The position numbers were made by a program, and so were the translations under genes. A DNA stretch of 64,000 nucleotides, from the IMG/VR virus record IMGVR_UViG_2908764845_000006, positions 47,991-111,990 of that record. One strand, written 5' to 3'. The notes under the pieces are model-generated. The model saw only the letters and a program-made list of their open reading frames with translations. It had not been told where the DNA came from and did no database searches. Positions 28,321 through 38,876 of this stretch are shown here, one piece after another. Source of the stretch: a virus (taxonomy: Duplodnaviria; Caudoviricetes). The stretch's first letter is position 1; each line of letters begins with the position of its first letter.

Positions 28321-28983
28321 ATGAGAACCATCACGGTCGAGCTGTTCCAGTTCGACGAGCTGAGCGACAAGGCCAAGGAGAAGGCCCGGGACTGGTACCG
28401 CAGCGCCAGCGAGGGCGACAACACCTTCGCCGAGTTCGTGATCGAGGACGCCGTCACGGTCGCGGAGTGCTTCGGCATCGAGCTTGACCAACGCTCCTAT
28501 ACCACCGTCGGCGGCAAGACCCGGTACGAGCCGAAGATTTGGTGGCGAGGGTTCTGGAGCCAGGGTGACGGCGCGAGCTTCGAGGGGACCTTCCGCTCGC
28601 ACGAGAAGGGCTCCGCCAAGCAGCGCATCAAGGCGCACGCGCCGAAGGACGAGAAGCTACGCGAGATCGCCGCGACGATCGACGACCTGCAGCGCAAGTA
28701 CCGCAAGCGCCTCTGGGCCAAGATCACCCAGCGGGATAACCACTATGTCCACGCCTACACAATGAGCCTCGACGCGGAGGCGATCACTGCCGCCGGCAAC
28801 GTCCGCGACGTTTCTGCCGAGGACGAGGAGGCGCTGCTCACGGCCATGCGCGACTTCGCCAACTGGATCTACCGACAGCTGGAGAAGGAATACAACCACC
28901 AGAACTCGGACGAGCAGATCGACGAGACGATCCGCGCCAACGAGTACGACTTCAAGGGCGATGGACGGAGGGCCTGTGCATGA
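28321..28983 (+). CDS. conserved phage/plasmid protein (often labelled antitoxin of TA stability system)
   Basis: FDELSDKAKEKARDW, GFWSQGDGASF and ANEYDF motifs. Confidence 0.7.
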   Translation: MRTITVELFQFDELSDKAKEKARDWYRSASEGDNTFAEFVIEDAVTVAECFGIELDQRSYTTVGGKTRYEPKIWWRGFWSQGDGASFEGTFRSHEKGSAKQRIKAHAPKDEKLREIAATIDDLQRKYRKRLWAKITQRDNHYVHAYTMSLDAEAITAAGNVRDVSAEDEEALLTAMRDFANWIYRQLEKEYNHQNSDEQIDETIRANEYDFKGDGRRACA

Positions 28984-29204
28984 GCGTCCAGATCGCCCGC
29001 GATTCCTTCGCCCGTCAGGACCTGTGCCGCGAGGTCGTCGCAACCTCGCAGGACTGCGATTGGTGCGGCGGCTTCCGCTATCGCAGCGGCCGCAAGCTGC
29101 AGGCCCTGTTCCGCTACAGCACCGAGACCAACGGCGGCCGCACGCACGAGCATCGCGGCCTGTTCTGCTCGAAGGGCTGTCACGACAGCTACCACGACCA
29201 ATGA
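28980..29204 (+). CDS. small Cys-rich protein
   Basis: CDWCG...FCSKGC. Confidence 0.6.
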   Translation: MSVQIARDSFARQDLCREVVATSQDCDWCGGFRYRSGRKLQALFRYSTETNGGRTHEHRGLFCSKGCHDSYHDQ

Positions 29205-29367
29205 GCAAGCCCGTCTACATGGTGTTGCGCCGGGCGGAGCCCGGCACGCACTACGTGCTTGCGACCCATCGCAAGTTCTATCGCTACAGCGAGGCCGCCC
29301 TGTTCACCCAGAGCCTCGCTGTTTCCTGCAACCCCATCATCCTGATGATCTGACAAGGAGACCAACC

Positions 29368-29616
29368 GTGAGTGAGAAACCCGAACTCTGTTACGTCGTG
29401 GTGCCCGGCAATGAGCCGGGCAACCGCATCGGCATCGTCAAGCGCGGCGAGGCCGGCTACTACCTCACCGACTTCGATAATGACGAGGTGCCGATGTCGG
29501 CGGTGGAGGAAGCTGTCGACGAGCTGAACGATCGCCTCGGCGTCACCGCCGAGGAGGCGATGCGCATGAAGTCCGGCTCGATGTTCGGCTGGGACACTCC
29601 GGCGGCAAGGGAGTGA
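29368..29616 (+). CDS. hypothetical protein
   Basis: AAGGAGACC upstream; KRGEAGYY...GSMFGWDTP motif. Confidence 0.7.
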   Translation: MSEKPELCYVVVPGNEPGNRIGIVKRGEAGYYLTDFDNDEVPMSAVEEAVDELNDRLGVTAEEAMRMKSGSMFGWDTPAARE

Positions 29617-29619
29617 GCG

Positions 29620-30054
29620 ATGCAGCGCAACACCCCCACCTTCCGCTGGAAGCTCTCCTACATGGGCGGCGTCGAGTACGAGGTTCACGACGAGACCGGC
29701 AGCTATCTGGTCGAGATCGCGATGCGCAGTCCCAACAGCTACCACCTGTCGGTCTGCAACGGCGATGACGTCCGCTCCGAGGTCAAGTCCCGGGTCGGTA
29801 TCCTGCGCCGGTGCAGCTGCATCCGCCGCGCCGACGGCTCGTGGACCTTCGAGGTCGGCCCCGAGGTCGTCGACGCCTTCAACGAGTGGCGCATGGAGCA
29901 GCACTTCATGTGGCTCGCCCAGCTGGAGGCGCAGCCGGAACGCTACGGCGTCATCGGCCCTGACGACGAGTTCCGGCGACTGCCGCTCATGGCACGCGGC
30001 GGCGACTACCGGTTCGGAGAGCATGTCTGGGAGGTCACCCATGCCCTCGCATGA
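29620..30054 (+). CDS. hypothetical protein
   Basis: ORF in operon. Confidence 0.6.
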   Translation: MQRNTPTFRWKLSYMGGVEYEVHDETGSYLVEIAMRSPNSYHLSVCNGDDVRSEVKSRVGILRRCSCIRRADGSWTFEVGPEVVDAFNEWRMEQHFMWLAQLEAQPERYGVIGPDDEFRRLPLMARGGDYRFGEHVWEVTHALA

Positions 30055-30388
30055 CAATGACAACGTCACCCCGGTCATCTTCCGGGCGTGCACCTTCAAG
30101 GAGCCCGAGGGACGCGCGGCGGAGATCACCGCCGTGTTCCCTGCCGAGTTGGGAGCCTACGACGCCAACACCATGAGCTGCTATGCGCACCTCGGGCAGC
30201 ACGGCATCTGTGATGTCGGCTGGTACATCCGCACGAGGCCCGCCACACCGGAAGAGTATGCAGACCTCAAGCGAGAGCTGGAGGCCGCGCCCTTTGGTTA
30301 CCGGTTCAAGGTCTATGACCGGATGCAGCCGTGGATGCGGACGGCGCGTCTCGCGCAGGAGCGATCGCTCCGAGGGCGAGGCGCGTGA
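30041..30388 (+). CDS. conserved phage hypothetical protein
   Basis: VIFR...AVFP...CYAHLGQH...PATPEEY. Confidence 0.65.
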   Translation: MPSHDNDNVTPVIFRACTFKEPEGRAAEITAVFPAELGAYDANTMSCYAHLGQHGICDVGWYIRTRPATPEEYADLKRELEAAPFGYRFKVYDRMQPWMRTARLAQERSLRGRGA

Positions 30389-30705
30389 TGGCGACCGATC
30401 GCATGACCCACGACTGGCAGCCGCTCCCGGCTGCTGACGGATGCGCGACCAAGGGGAAATGGGAGCACGTCCCCGGCAAGCCGGCCTGCCTCGTGCGGAC
30501 CGAGCCGACGCCGCAGGGTTTCCTGTGGCAGCACGGCAAGCAATACGGCTTCGGCAAGACCCTTGCCGAGGCCAAGGAGTGGGCGGAGGCAGCCAGAGAG
30601 TTCTGGCCGCGTCACCTGCCCGGATAACGACGCCCCCGCGCGACCGATTTCGCAGATCGCCGCGCGAGCCCCACCCGGATCACTTCACACAAGGAGACCA
30701 TCACC

Positions 30706-31674
30706 ATGGGTTACACCCACTATTGGACGCAGAAGCGCAACTTCACCATCGCTCAGTGGCAGCAGATCATCGTCGACCTCAAGGCGATCCTGGCCCACGC
30801 CCAGCACGTCGAGGGCATCGTGCTCGCCGGCTCCATGGGCGAAGGCAAGACCTCGCCGGAGTTCACCGACGATCTGATCGCCTTTAACGGGCTCGGCGAC
30901 GACAGCCACGAGAGCTTCTACATTCAGCGGAAGCGGACGCTGGAGGAGTGGCAGAGCAAGGATCGACTCGGCTGGTCGTTCTGCAAGACGGCGCACAAGC
31001 CCTACGACCGCGTCGTCGTTGCCTGCCTGTGCTACCTCGCAACCGTGACGCGGAAGGAGGACCCCGCGACGCATGAGCCGATCATCGGCAGCGAGGCGTT
31101 CTCGGTGACCTCGGACGGTGACAGCACCGACTTCCTCGCCGGCCTCGACATGGCGCGGGTGGCGCTGCCGCAATATGGCAACGTCCTCGACCTGCCGCTC
31201 TCGCTGATGGAGGACGACCGCTGGTGCGCGCCGTGGGTCAGCCTCTGCGGCGACAGACCGAAGTACGATGTCCGCTTCTGCGTCGACGGCCACGGCTACG
31301 TGCTCAAGGGCAAGCAGAGCTACCGCTTCGACACCCACGAGTCGATGGCGCGTTGGCTGAACGGATGCAAGCGCGTCGAGTTCAAGGGCGGTCGTCACAG
31401 CGATTACACGGTGCGCTGGAATGACCGGCTGCAGGACAACTATCGCATCGAGCCGAACATCTGGAACGCGACCGGATCGTTCGACAAGGCGCGGCACGCC
31501 CGTATCCAGCCAGCGCAAGAGGCTGCGCTGTCGGCGCTGTTCCCGGCGCCCGCTGCCAACGCGCATCAGCCGCCGGCATTCGTTCGCCCCGGCCAGATGC
31601 CGGAGAACGGCGGACGCGAGTTCTGCTACAGCGTCACCGAGCTGCTCGACCGCCTGTCGGTGAAGGCGGCCTGA
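30706..31674 (+). CDS. conserved hypothetical protein
   Basis: MGYTHYW...FNG...FCKTAHKPYD motif; hairpin and AAGGAGACC upstream. Confidence 0.75.
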   Translation: MGYTHYWTQKRNFTIAQWQQIIVDLKAILAHAQHVEGIVLAGSMGEGKTSPEFTDDLIAFNGLGDDSHESFYIQRKRTLEEWQSKDRLGWSFCKTAHKPYDRVVVACLCYLATVTRKEDPATHEPIIGSEAFSVTSDGDSTDFLAGLDMARVALPQYGNVLDLPLSLMEDDRWCAPWVSLCGDRPKYDVRFCVDGHGYVLKGKQSYRFDTHESMARWLNGCKRVEFKGGRHSDYTVRWNDRLQDNYRIEPNIWNATGSFDKARHARIQPAQEAALSALFPAPAANAHQPPAFVRPGQMPENGGREFCYSVTELLDRLSVKAA

Positions 31675-31746
31675 CACCCGATACCGCGCGACGGCTTTCG
31701 CAGAGCCGCCGCGCGGCCCATCCCCATCATCATCAAGGAGACCAAC

Positions 31747-32016
31747 ATGACCCGCATTATCCTCAAGTGCTATCCCGCCTCCCGCGTTGACGGCAACGTC
31801 CAGATCGCGGTGACCTCCGACGGCCCGCACCCGCAGCGGACCGTGGAGATCGTCCGCGCGGCCGAAGCCGAGGCCGAGTTCAAGGCCTACTGCGCGGAGG
31901 TCGAGGCCACCGGCAAGGGCGCGGCCGTCTCGATGTCGCTCGGTCGCGGCGAGCGCGCCCCGAACGGCTTCCACAAGCTGCCCGGCGCCAAGACCTTCCA
32001 CCCCGTCAACATCTGA
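31747..32016 (+). CDS. hypothetical protein
   Basis: Hairpin and AAGGAGACC upstream. Confidence 0.7.
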   Translation: MTRIILKCYPASRVDGNVQIAVTSDGPHPQRTVEIVRAAEAEAEFKAYCAEVEATGKGAAVSMSLGRGERAPNGFHKLPGAKTFHPVNI

Positions 32017-32075
32017 CGATCAACGGCCCCGCTTCGCAGGCGGGGCCCCTTCCCCATCACAAGGAGACCAGACCA

Positions 32076-33434
32076 ATGAACGCTCATGTCAAGATCGGGC
32101 AAGAGATCGCCCGCCAACGCAGCCTGCCCGAGATCATCGCCGAATACGAGGCGAAGGCGCAGGCAATCTCCGACGGCCTGCGCGCCTGCGGCAAGGCGCA
32201 ACTCGACCTGCAGACGACGGCAACGCTTGCCGGCGTCTACGGCAACAGCCACCTCGACTTCAAACTGCCGTCCGAGCGAGACCTGCACCAGCACCTGCTC
32301 AGGTCCGCGTGGCTGCACGCCTACGCTGGCTGCAACATCGAACTCCTGTCGTCGCCGACCGACAAGAGCCTGTGGAAGCAGCAACTGGAGAAGCTCCCGC
32401 CCTTCACGCTGGAGAACATCCGCGAGCTGTTCGGTAAGTTCCTGATCGACCCCCGCGCCAGTATGCTGCGCGGGCTCGCCGAGGTGTTCTGTGGCCTGGA
32501 CCAAGCCTTCAAGAGCCACGACGTCGTCAAGATCGGCGTCAAGGGTCTGCCGAAGCGCATCATCATGTCGGGCTTCTCCAAGTATTCGACCTACGGTCGG
32601 GAAAAGCTGGAGACGGTCCTCAATGCGCTGGCTGCCTATCAGGGCAAGCCATTGGTCGATCACGTCGAGCTGAGCGCTATCTTCGACAACGAGGACGCGC
32701 TGCTCAAGGCAGGGACGCTGACGAAGTACGACAAGACCACGATCGACCATCCCGCCCGTGGCGTCCGCCTGCGCACATTCTCCAACGGCAACGGTCACCT
32801 GTTCTTTGAGCCCGACACGCTCAAGGACGTGAACCTGGCCCTCGCCGAGTTCTACGGCGACGTGCTGCCCGACACCCCGGACGAGAACCCGGTCAAGGCG
32901 AAGTCGACCGCGGTCTCCAAGGACCTGCAGTACTACCCGACGCCGGCGAAGGTGGTGGACGACGTGATCTATCCGATCGCTCACCTGCTCAAGGGCGCCA
33001 AGGTGCTGGAGCCGAACTGCGGCTGTGGCCGCTTCATGGTGGCGCTGCGCAAGAAAGGCGCCGACGTCTACGGCGTGGAAGTCGACGCCGGCCGCGCAGC
33101 GCTGTGCCGCGCACTGGGCCTGACGGTGTTGCACGCAAACTTCCTCGAGCTCGCGCCGCGCGCGGAGTTCAAGTTCGTGTTCATGAACCCACCGTTCTAC
33201 GGCAGGCACTACGCACTGCATGTCCGGCACGCCTTCGACTTCCTTGAGCCGGGCGGCACGTTGAAGGCGATCCTTCCGATCACCGCGCGCGACCACGGCC
33301 TACTCGATGATCTGATCGGCAAGCGAGATAGCTGGAACAGCGCGTGGAACGACCTTCCGGTCGGCTCCTTCTCGGAGAGCGGAACCAACATCAACACCAC
33401 CGTGCTCACCCTCCACAAGCCGGGCCGGAGGTGA
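32076..33434 (+). CDS. DUF4942-like domain fused to an amino (N6/N4) DNA methyltransferase
   Basis: QYYPTP, VLEPNCGCG and MNPPF motifs; FSNGNGHL. Confidence 0.85.
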   Translation: MNAHVKIGQEIARQRSLPEIIAEYEAKAQAISDGLRACGKAQLDLQTTATLAGVYGNSHLDFKLPSERDLHQHLLRSAWLHAYAGCNIELLSSPTDKSLWKQQLEKLPPFTLENIRELFGKFLIDPRASMLRGLAEVFCGLDQAFKSHDVVKIGVKGLPKRIIMSGFSKYSTYGREKLETVLNALAAYQGKPLVDHVELSAIFDNEDALLKAGTLTKYDKTTIDHPARGVRLRTFSNGNGHLFFEPDTLKDVNLALAEFYGDVLPDTPDENPVKAKSTAVSKDLQYYPTPAKVVDDVIYPIAHLLKGAKVLEPNCGCGRFMVALRKKGADVYGVEVDAGRAALCRALGLTVLHANFLELAPRAEFKFVFMNPPFYGRHYALHVRHAFDFLEPGGTLKAILPITARDHGLLDDLIGKRDSWNSAWNDLPVGSFSESGTNINTTVLTLHKPGRR

Positions 33435-33641
33435 GCTATGGCCCTGCACACTTACACCGACTACTGCAAAGGCCTTTTCGGAGTGAACGATGGCTTCACT
33501 GGCGTCGTCTACTCCGACACCGGTCGCCTCAACTACGCCGCCGTCGTCAACGGCAGAATGCTGCAAAACAAACGCGGCATGAACCGATGGTTCGGTAGCG
33601 CCGAGGCCGCCCAGAAGGCAATCGAGGCGGAGGACTGAACC

Positions 33642-33887
33642 ATGACAAACCTCGGACCACTGCAGCGCTATCGTGATGCACTGATCGACGTCGATCAGCC
33701 GGCAAGCGCATATGCGATCGCCCTCGTCAACATTCTCAAACGGATGGCGGAGATCGAGAGCCGGAGCGTCACCAAGAGCCACTACCGGGACCTCGGCCCC
33801 GATGAACAGGACGAACCGCCGACCGGCGACACCTACAATGAGCTGTGGGACGCCGTGCTCGACGAGATCAAGGCCATCACCACCTAA
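33642..33887 (+). CDS. hypothetical protein
   Basis: GGAGGA RBS. Confidence 0.6.
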   Translation: MTNLGPLQRYRDALIDVDQPASAYAIALVNILKRMAEIESRSVTKSHYRDLGPDEQDEPPTGDTYNELWDAVLDEIKAITT

Positions 33888-33930
33888 GTCCCGGGCTTTC
33901 GCAGAGCCCTCAATCCAAGGAGACCACCAC

Positions 33931-34368
33931 ATGAAGATCTTTATCGTGCAGTCCGAACACTTCCACGTGCCCGGCAACCCGATATCCCTCCACGCCACCA
34001 TGGAGGGCGCCGCGCGCGAAGCCGCCGACCTTGTCAACGATATGCTTGAATGGATCGACCAGCCGGAGGACGCCAAGCCGGAGACGTGGGAAGCGGACCT
34101 GCTCCGTGCCCGCACCCTGCGCGCCGAGCAGATGGATTGTGATCTCGACGAGCTTGGCGAGGACGACGGCGACGTCTGGATCACCGAGAAGGAGGTCGAG
34201 GTTCCGATCATCGGCAAGATGCTCGCCATGCTCGATCGCATCCACGGCACCATGGAGGAGGATCTCAAGAACGCCGATCAAGGCGAGAAGGACCTCTTCA
34301 ATGAGATTGGCTGCCTGATCGCGGAAGCGAAGGGCGAGTACGACCCGAACGCCGCCACCGGCTCTTAA
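33931..34368 (+). CDS. acidic hypothetical protein
   Basis: Hairpin and AAGGAGACC upstream; D/E-rich. Confidence 0.7.
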   Translation: MKIFIVQSEHFHVPGNPISLHATMEGAAREAADLVNDMLEWIDQPEDAKPETWEADLLRARTLRAEQMDCDLDELGEDDGDVWITEKEVEVPIIGKMLAMLDRIHGTMEEDLKNADQGEKDLFNEIGCLIAEAKGEYDPNAATGS

Positions 34369-34411
34369 CCACCCCCGGGCTTCGCAGGCCCATCACAAGG
34401 AGACCAAGACT

Positions 34412-35008
34412 ATGCCTGATACCACATGGACCACGATGCGCGTCGGCGGCGCGCTGCCGTCCGACAAGATCGAAGCGCTCCTCGAAGCAATCGAGAACGA
34501 CTTCTCCTACGAATGTCAGGAGGCGCCCGACGACGAAGAGGATCTTCGTGCGATCGTCGCCAAGGGGGAGAGCGTCAAGCTGCAGGCGCACGTCTACGGC
34601 AACCCGGATAGGGTCGTCGCCTTCTGCAAGGAGAACGGCCTGCCGTTCTGGATGCACTGCGAGGCTGGCTACGAGTGGGACGCCTTCATCTCGATCTGGG
34701 CGCCCGGCATGGCGAAGGAGGAAGAGTGCCCGGCCTCCGGGCAGGGCTACACACCGCAGGTCGATCTCTCGACCCTGCGAACGTGGGCCGGCAACGGCAT
34801 CCTGATGCTCATAAAGGATGTCGAGCGCTTCGAGAGTGAGCGCGTCCCGCCGCTCACCATCACCGAGATGGTGGAGGACGGCGAACCGTTCGGCGCCATC
34901 ACGCCGTCGGGTGATCGCCTCGATCACTGGGACGAGCGGCTGCGCGCCGCCGACTGCACCCCGATCTACCGCATGGTGCCGAAGGTGGAGAAGCCCGATG
35001 TCCGCTGA
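34412..35008 (+). CDS. acidic hypothetical protein
   Basis: Hairpin and AAGGAGACC upstream. Confidence 0.7.
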   Translation: MPDTTWTTMRVGGALPSDKIEALLEAIENDFSYECQEAPDDEEDLRAIVAKGESVKLQAHVYGNPDRVVAFCKENGLPFWMHCEAGYEWDAFISIWAPGMAKEEECPASGQGYTPQVDLSTLRTWAGNGILMLIKDVERFESERVPPLTITEMVEDGEPFGAITPSGDRLDHWDERLRAADCTPIYRMVPKVEKPDVR

Positions 35009-35378
35009 ACTCGTCGCCATCGTCATCGTCAAGGACGGCTGCGTGATCGACGCCATCGTCCCCGACGGCGTCCGCGTCATCGTCAAGGACTACGACGTGC
35101 AGGACGCTGACCCCGATCACCTGCGCGACGACCGCGGCCCTTTCACCCAAGACGAATGGACCCACCGCCGCCTCAAGACGCCCGGCTGTCAGCACCAGCA
35201 CGAGGGCGAACCGCACTGTCAGCCCGTGTTCCTCAATAGCTACCACTGCGACACATGCGACGTGTCGTGGGAGGACAGTCACTCATGCGGATGCGACGAC
35301 GAGTGTCCGGAGTGCGGGGCCGACACCAGCCCCGAGACCTCGGAGGAGACCGCACCGTGCGCTTGCGAAAGCCTCTGA
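34998..35378 (+). CDS. Cys-rich hypothetical protein
   Basis: YHCDTC..W...CDDECPECG. Confidence 0.65.
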   Translation: MSAELVAIVIVKDGCVIDAIVPDGVRVIVKDYDVQDADPDHLRDDRGPFTQDEWTHRRLKTPGCQHQHEGEPHCQPVFLNSYHCDTCDVSWEDSHSCGCDDECPECGADTSPETSEETAPCACESL

Positions 35379-35508
35379 GCACATTCGACCGAGACCTCAC
35401 GTTCTTCATGATCGGCGCCGCTGTCGGCGCCCTCATGGCGATCGGGTGGCAACTTCACTAACCAATCCCAACGGGCTTCGCAGGCCCATCATCAAGGAGA
35501 CCAAGACT

Positions 35509-36747
35509 ATGAGTCATTTCGCAGTTCTAGTGATCTCGCCGACCGAGCTCACCAAGGAAACGATCAAGCCGATGCTGCAGCCTTGGCACGAGTTCGAGTG
35601 CACCGGCTTCGATGACCAATATGTCGTCGATGTCGACAAGACTGAAGAGGTCCTCGCCGAGTATCGCGAGCAGACCCGCTCGATGATCCGTTCCCCTGAC
35701 GGCATTCAGGTCGCGGCCCACGACGATCGGTTCTACCGCAACCCGACCGAGCAGGAGCAGCAGATCATGGGCAAAGTCCCGGGCACGGGAAGTCGCGGCG
35801 ATTTGTCGTGGACGAGCAAGGACTGGGGTGACGGCCGGGGCTATCGCGGCAAGGTGCACTTCGTGCCTGACGGATATAGCAAGGTGGAAGTGCCGTGCAG
35901 CGAGGTCATGACCATCGCCGAGTTTATCGACTGGTGGCACAGCGGCAAGATCGTTCGCAGCGAGGCCGAGATCGACCGGAGCGGCGAGCACAAATACGGC
36001 TACGCGCTCATTGCCGAGAACGGCGATTTGATCCGGATGATCGACCGCACCAACCCGAACCGGAAATGGGACTGGTGGGCGGTTGGTGGCCGCTGGTCGG
36101 GCATGCTCGCCGCTCCCGGCTACGATCCCGAGAAAGACCCGGCCAATCAGGAGACCTGCACCCTGTGTGGCGGTTCCGGCAAGCGTACGTTTCGGGCGGA
36201 GGAGATCGTCTGCAACAAGTGCGATGGCAGGGGCACTGCGGTCAAGTGGCCGAGCAGCTGGGTCGACACCGGCAACCACGCCCAGCTCAAGGACATCCCG
36301 CTGGAGGCGATCCGCAACCACGCCGAGATCGAGGCGCTCAAGCGGTTCGACGAGGCGCAGGAGGTGATCGCCGGCCGGGGCTTCAAACGGTGGGACGAGG
36401 TCAAGGCCGACAATGGCGGCGACATCGACAAGACCCGCGAGGCCTACCGCGGCCAGCAAGTGCTCAAGGACCTCGAGGAAGCCAAGCTGGTCAGCTTCTT
36501 CGATGACGACGAGATCATCGGACTGTTCTGGATGTCACGCGCAGATCGGGCCACCCGCGCTCGCAACAACGCGCTTCGCACCTTCGCCGTCGTCAAGGAC
36601 GGTCAGTGGTACGAGCGCGGCGAGATGGGTTGGTTCGGGTGCGTCGCTGACGAGAAGGACTCCGAACAATGGTCGCGCGAGTTCGCGGCCCTGCTCGACG
36701 GCCTGCCGCCCGAAACCTGGCTCGCCGTCGTCGACTGCCACATCTGA
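35509..36747 (+). CDS. conserved phage protein with inserted DnaJ-type CxxCxGxG finger
   Basis: MSHFAVLV...KWDWWAVGGRW...CTLCGGSG..CNKCDGRG...VDCHI. Confidence 0.75.
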   Translation: MSHFAVLVISPTELTKETIKPMLQPWHEFECTGFDDQYVVDVDKTEEVLAEYREQTRSMIRSPDGIQVAAHDDRFYRNPTEQEQQIMGKVPGTGSRGDLSWTSKDWGDGRGYRGKVHFVPDGYSKVEVPCSEVMTIAEFIDWWHSGKIVRSEAEIDRSGEHKYGYALIAENGDLIRMIDRTNPNRKWDWWAVGGRWSGMLAAPGYDPEKDPANQETCTLCGGSGKRTFRAEEIVCNKCDGRGTAVKWPSSWVDTGNHAQLKDIPLEAIRNHAEIEALKRFDEAQEVIAGRGFKRWDEVKADNGGDIDKTREAYRGQQVLKDLEEAKLVSFFDDDEIIGLFWMSRADRATRARNNALRTFAVVKDGQWYERGEMGWFGCVADEKDSEQWSREFAALLDGLPPETWLAVVDCHI

Positions 36748-36808
36748 TCTGAAACCCCAACCGGGGCCGCTTCGCAGGCGGCCCCATCATTCCACAAGGA
36801 GACCAACT

Positions 36809-38764
36809 ATGACTGACATCACCATCAACGGCCTGACCCGCGCCGACATCAAGGCGGGCGAGACCTACGAGTTCCGCATGGGCGGCAGCGTCCAGAGTAT
36901 CGAGGTGCGCGCCGTCGGCGACGACGGCTTCATGACCCAGTTCGGCCCGATGCCGTGGAGCAACGCCGGAATGTTGACCCGGCCGACCCCGGCGACGACC
37001 ATGGACACGCCGGAGATCAGGAAGATGGTCGCGGATGCGGCCGCCGATGCCGAGGCCGCGCCCCCGAAGAGCCGCAGGACTAAGGCGAAGGCCGAAGCCG
37101 AAGCCAAGGCCGATGTTGCGGCCGAGCCGCCTGCCCCGGAGCCCGCAGCGGTCCCGGCTCCCGCCAAGAAACCGCCCCTGACCCGCAGCCAAGAGATCGC
37201 GGCCGACGTGGCGGCGCTGCTCCGCGCTCGCAATCCGCTGTTGTGGATCGTCACCCGGGAGGAGGCCCGGGCCGAGCGCTACCTCGTGAGCGCCGCCGCC
37301 GCGGCTGGCTTCGTCCCGCGCATGTGGGATTGCGGTCAGGGCGTCACCGATGTCGCGGCCAAGGCCGAGAGCATCGGCTCCGCCGACATCGGCGAGACGC
37401 TCGGCGCCATCCGCGCCCGGGCCGACGCCAAGTCCGACCGCGGCGCGTGGATCATGCGCGATCTGCCGCCGTGGCTGGCCGGGACCATTGGCATGGTGGT
37501 CTGCCGACAGGTGCGCAACCTGGCCCGCTTCCTGCCGGGCGTGGAGCGCGATGGCGCGCAGGCGCTGATCGTGCTGTCCCCGTCGGGCGATGTCCCGCCG
37601 GAGCTCGCCAACCACGCCACGGTGATCGAGTGGCCGATGCCGGATCGCGCCGAGATCGCCAGCCTGCTGGACGACACGATCAACGGCCTGCCCGACGAGA
37701 TGCGCGAGTCGGCAGCGCCCAACGGCACCCGGGAGGCGGCGATCGACTCCGCGATCGGGCTCACCGGCGAGGAAGCACAGGCCTGCTACTCGAAGTCGCT
37801 TGTGCAGCTGCGCAAGATCGACCCGACCGCCGTGTCGAGGGAGAAGAAGCGCGTCATCGCTCGCGAGAAGGTCCTCGAATGGTTCGACCCGATCCCCGGC
37901 GGCCTTGCGGCCGTCGGCGGTCTCGGCAACCTCAAGGACTGGCTGATGCAGCGTAAGCTCGCCTACTCCCCGGCCGCGCGTGCCTACGGCCTACCGGCGC
38001 CGAAGGGCTGCTTCCTCGTCGGCATCCCGGGCTGCGGAAAGTCGCTGATCTCGAAGGCGACCGCCACCGCCTTCGATGCGCCGCTGCTCAAGCTCGACTT
38101 GGGCGCGCTCAAGGGCAAGTTCGTCGGCGAGAGCGAGGCCAACATGCGCAAGGCGCTTCGCACCATCGAGGCGATTGGCCGCTGCGTGGTCTGGATCGAC
38201 GAGATCGAGAAGGCCCTGACCGGGGCCACCGCCGGCGGCTCGGACGGCGGCGTCTCGTCGGACCAGCTCGGCGCGCTGCTGCAGTGGATGCAGGAGCGCA
38301 CCAGCGAGTCGTTCGTGATCGCCACCGCCAACTCGGTGGCGACCCTGCCGCCGGAGCTGCTCCGCAAGGGCCGCTTCGACGAGTTCTGGTTCGTCGACCT
38401 GCCGAACCCGAACGAGCGCGTTGAGATCCTCAACGCAGGGCTCAAGGCGCACGGCCGCAGCTTCTCGGACATCAAGGCCGAGGAGATCGCCAACGTGGTT
38501 GCCGCGACCGACGGCTTCACCGGCTCGGAGATCGCAGCCATCGTCCCGGACGCCCTGTTCGCAGCGTTCGCCGACGGCGGCCGCCAGATCACCTGTGTCG
38601 ATCTGGTGAAGGCGGCGAAGGCCGTGACCCCGCTCTCGGTCACCGCGAAGGACAAGATCGCGGAGCTGCGCAACTGGGCAGCTGGCAAGGCCCGTCGCGC
38701 CACCGACGAGTGGACTGCGGAGACGGCAAAGGTTCGCTCTACCGGCCGCGCCCTCGACATCTGA
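36809..38764 (+). CDS. AAA+ ATPase (Ycf46-like)
   Basis: GIPGCGKS, WIDEIEK, ATAN and LPPELLRKGRFDE motifs. Confidence 0.88.
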   Translation: MTDITINGLTRADIKAGETYEFRMGGSVQSIEVRAVGDDGFMTQFGPMPWSNAGMLTRPTPATTMDTPEIRKMVADAAADAEAAPPKSRRTKAKAEAEAKADVAAEPPAPEPAAVPAPAKKPPLTRSQEIAADVAALLRARNPLLWIVTREEARAERYLVSAAAAAGFVPRMWDCGQGVTDVAAKAESIGSADIGETLGAIRARADAKSDRGAWIMRDLPPWLAGTIGMVVCRQVRNLARFLPGVERDGAQALIVLSPSGDVPPELANHATVIEWPMPDRAEIASLLDDTINGLPDEMRESAAPNGTREAAIDSAIGLTGEEAQACYSKSLVQLRKIDPTAVSREKKRVIAREKVLEWFDPIPGGLAAVGGLGNLKDWLMQRKLAYSPAARAYGLPAPKGCFLVGIPGCGKSLISKATATAFDAPLLKLDLGALKGKFVGESEANMRKALRTIEAIGRCVVWIDEIEKALTGATAGGSDGGVSSDQLGALLQWMQERTSESFVIATANSVATLPPELLRKGRFDEFWFVDLPNPNERVEILNAGLKAHGRSFSDIKAEEIANVVAATDGFTGSEIAAIVPDALFAAFADGGRQITCVDLVKAAKAVTPLSVTAKDKIAELRNWAAGKARRATDEWTAETAKVRSTGRALDI

Positions 38765-38876
38765 TCCACAAACCGCATGAGACCCGCACTGTTACGACAG
38801 TGCGGGAAGTGTCCATCCCGTGTACTATCAAACCGCGGTTTCGCAGACCGCATCATCCCGCAAGGAGACCCACACT